Positions 62,204 to 64,000 of a DNA stretch of 64,000 nt are shown piece after piece. The notes below the pieces were generated by a model. That model ran no database searches. It saw only the letters and a program-made list of their open reading frames with translations, and was not told the DNA's origin. Positions within the stretch are counted from its first letter, which is position 1. Each line of letters opens with the position of its first letter. This DNA comes from Ranitomeya imitator (taxonomy: Eukaryota): the NCBI RefSeq assembly GCF_032444005.1, contig NC_091283.1:28954001-29018000 (forward strand). Reading direction: 5' to 3'. The position numbers and the translations under genes were made by a program.

Positions 62204-63600
62204 TGTGATGCCCCAGGGTCCTGGTCGTGACAGTGACATTGCTTTCCTCACGGGGAGAGTGATGTTACATTTGGAAGCGATGAAGGAGATCTTTATCAGG
62301 TAACCACAATGCATACAACATGTTCACACTCCAGACCAGAAGGGGGAGCTCTAAGCCTAGTTTAAGGTGAACTCCCCTATAACGACATCCTGATCTGGAG
62401 GGAAAGGGTTCAGAAAGTTGCAGACACAGAAGAGAGCAGACGGACCTAGAGGGTCAGAACGTCTGAAGGGGCCGTGTGGTCTGAAGTACCACAGCATATT
62501 ATACTATCACGGAGAGAAGACAAAGGGAAGGTAAACCCAAAAGTGGACCCTCTGGGTCGCGGCCTTAGAGCCCCCGAGGACGCGCAAACCTGATGGATGC
62601 ACCCCTTATACAGGGAGTGTTAGGAACAGGCCCAAGGGGGATGGACCCGCTACTGCCGGAGCCAAAGGGACGACTGGATCAAGACGCGGATAGGTGAAAA
62701 TGCTGGAAAACAAGGAAGACTCAGGGACTGGAGATGGCTGAAGGCAGAGAGCTGAAAAAGAAACAAAACAGTAAATCGAGGTACAAAAACACAATCAGAG
62801 GAGGAAAGGTAACTGGCTAGGCAGAATGGGTAAAGCACTGGCTAGTGAGTGGGCAAGCAGAAACGTTACCTGGGGACGACGAGGAACACCTAGAACGAAG
62901 CAGGAGTCACAGCGACAAAGATACTCAGGCATCTTACCTGGGTAAGTGCCAAGCAGAAATACCCAGTGGGCGCCGCCATGTTGGGGCGGAGCCACCACGT
63001 AAGCCCAGTCGTCCAGGACAGCAGAAGTGAGAGCAGCAGAAAAAGCAGAAGTGAGAGCAGAGGTGATAGCAGAAGTCACCGCAGAACAGAAACGCAGGTC
63101 ACTCTGAAATGTGGCAGCTTTCTACTTGTGCGAAACAGACAGGGGAATACCTGAACGTAGTGAATCTGAACAGGGAGTGTGCTGCAGTACTGGTCGAGAC
63201 GGGACAAACCAGGTACAACTTAAATGACATAGGGAGGAGCACAGGGAAAGCAAAGGATGTGAACTGTGCAGCACTCTGTGTTGATGCTGTAACTGATGTG
63301 GACGTGCTGCGATTGGAAACAAGCAAAGTTCTACGTTTTAAGTTGGAATTGGACTCTGTCTCTTTATGTGAAGAAGTGTCCCTGTGTCTAAGGGAGGCCT
63401 CTGAGAACCAGGCAAGTGAGACAGTGGGACTGTATATATGTGATGCGGGTGGTCAGCTCACGCTAAAGCAGACACCTATGTGGGCCATGACTACGGCCCT
63501 GGCTGCCGCTCACAATACAGCGCTTATTCATATCTGTGGATTGTCAGTTACTGCTGGGTATAACAGCCATCCGGAGGCAAGAGCAAGACATGTTCTCTGT
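62204..63600 (+). mobile_element. Probable decayed LTR-element fragment
   Basis: TGTGATGCCCC LTR-like start; no recognisable protein domain. Confidence 0.4.
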
Positions 63601-63763
63601 AACCACACTGACCACGAGGATCACGGACAAAGGACCCCCCTATATTCCTTACTAATCTTCAAGAAACCATATCAAAATGTTTTGTTTGGGGTTTTTTTGT
63701 GCACTTTTTTCTTAGCTGGACAATCTCATAATTTGGACCACAAATTCTCTCCCATTTTTTAGG

Positions 63764-64000
63764 TGTTGAGTTCCCGCCTCTGCACAAGGGGAATCTCGAA
63801 CCATCTCCACTGCGGTCTCCCATTCTTCTCCAGCCGCAGTGGAGTCTGTTCAGTGGAGACGTCAGTCGCAGCATCTAGCTCAGGCTGATACTGGACGACT
63901 GGTTACTACAGCCCTTCCAGGCTCTGTCCTTGTAGCCAGCAATGTTCAGCAGCGAGCAGGTCTTTCTGGGACTAAGTCCTGCTTTTCCCTTACTGAGCAT
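63764..64000. mobile_element. Probable LTR start running off the window
   Basis: TGTTGAGTTCCC start and LTR-like composition. Confidence 0.35.

Noticed and set aside
63109-63762. 217-aa ORF
   Set aside because: No recognisable domain, lies in decayed repeat DNA, no splice context

Overview
Eukaryotic, TE-saturated genomic DNA, most likely from an anuran amphibian (inferred from the protein sequence and repeat types). The only host gene I can support is a + strand MHC class I-like heavy-chain gene: alpha1 11052-11312, alpha2 22306-22584, alpha3 30850-31122, TM 34739-34837 and a cytoplasmic exon 40775-40804. All are phase-1 exons with an open frame; the leader exon was not found. It has lost W147 and W167, so it is probably non-classical. 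Around and inside it lie three ~5.7 kb chromodomain Ty3/gypsy elements of one family (each frame-disrupted), solo LTRs, Tc1 elements, hAT, piggyBac, pogo and T2/Kolobok MITEs, CR1 fragments, SINEs, a non-autonomous Helitron, a 5'-truncated Penelope-like element, minisatellites and several long fold-backs. Best leads: (1) a 384-bp hammerhead-ribozyme repeat (retrozyme-like) inserted head-to-head with an 11-12 bp TSD just upstream of alpha1; (2) further hammerhead motifs, one with an A3-U8 core; (3) tRNA-independent self-priming sites that covary between the three gypsy copies; (4) a recombinant gypsy marking an intronic deletion. All alignments were done by eye; coordinates of degenerate repeats are approximate.
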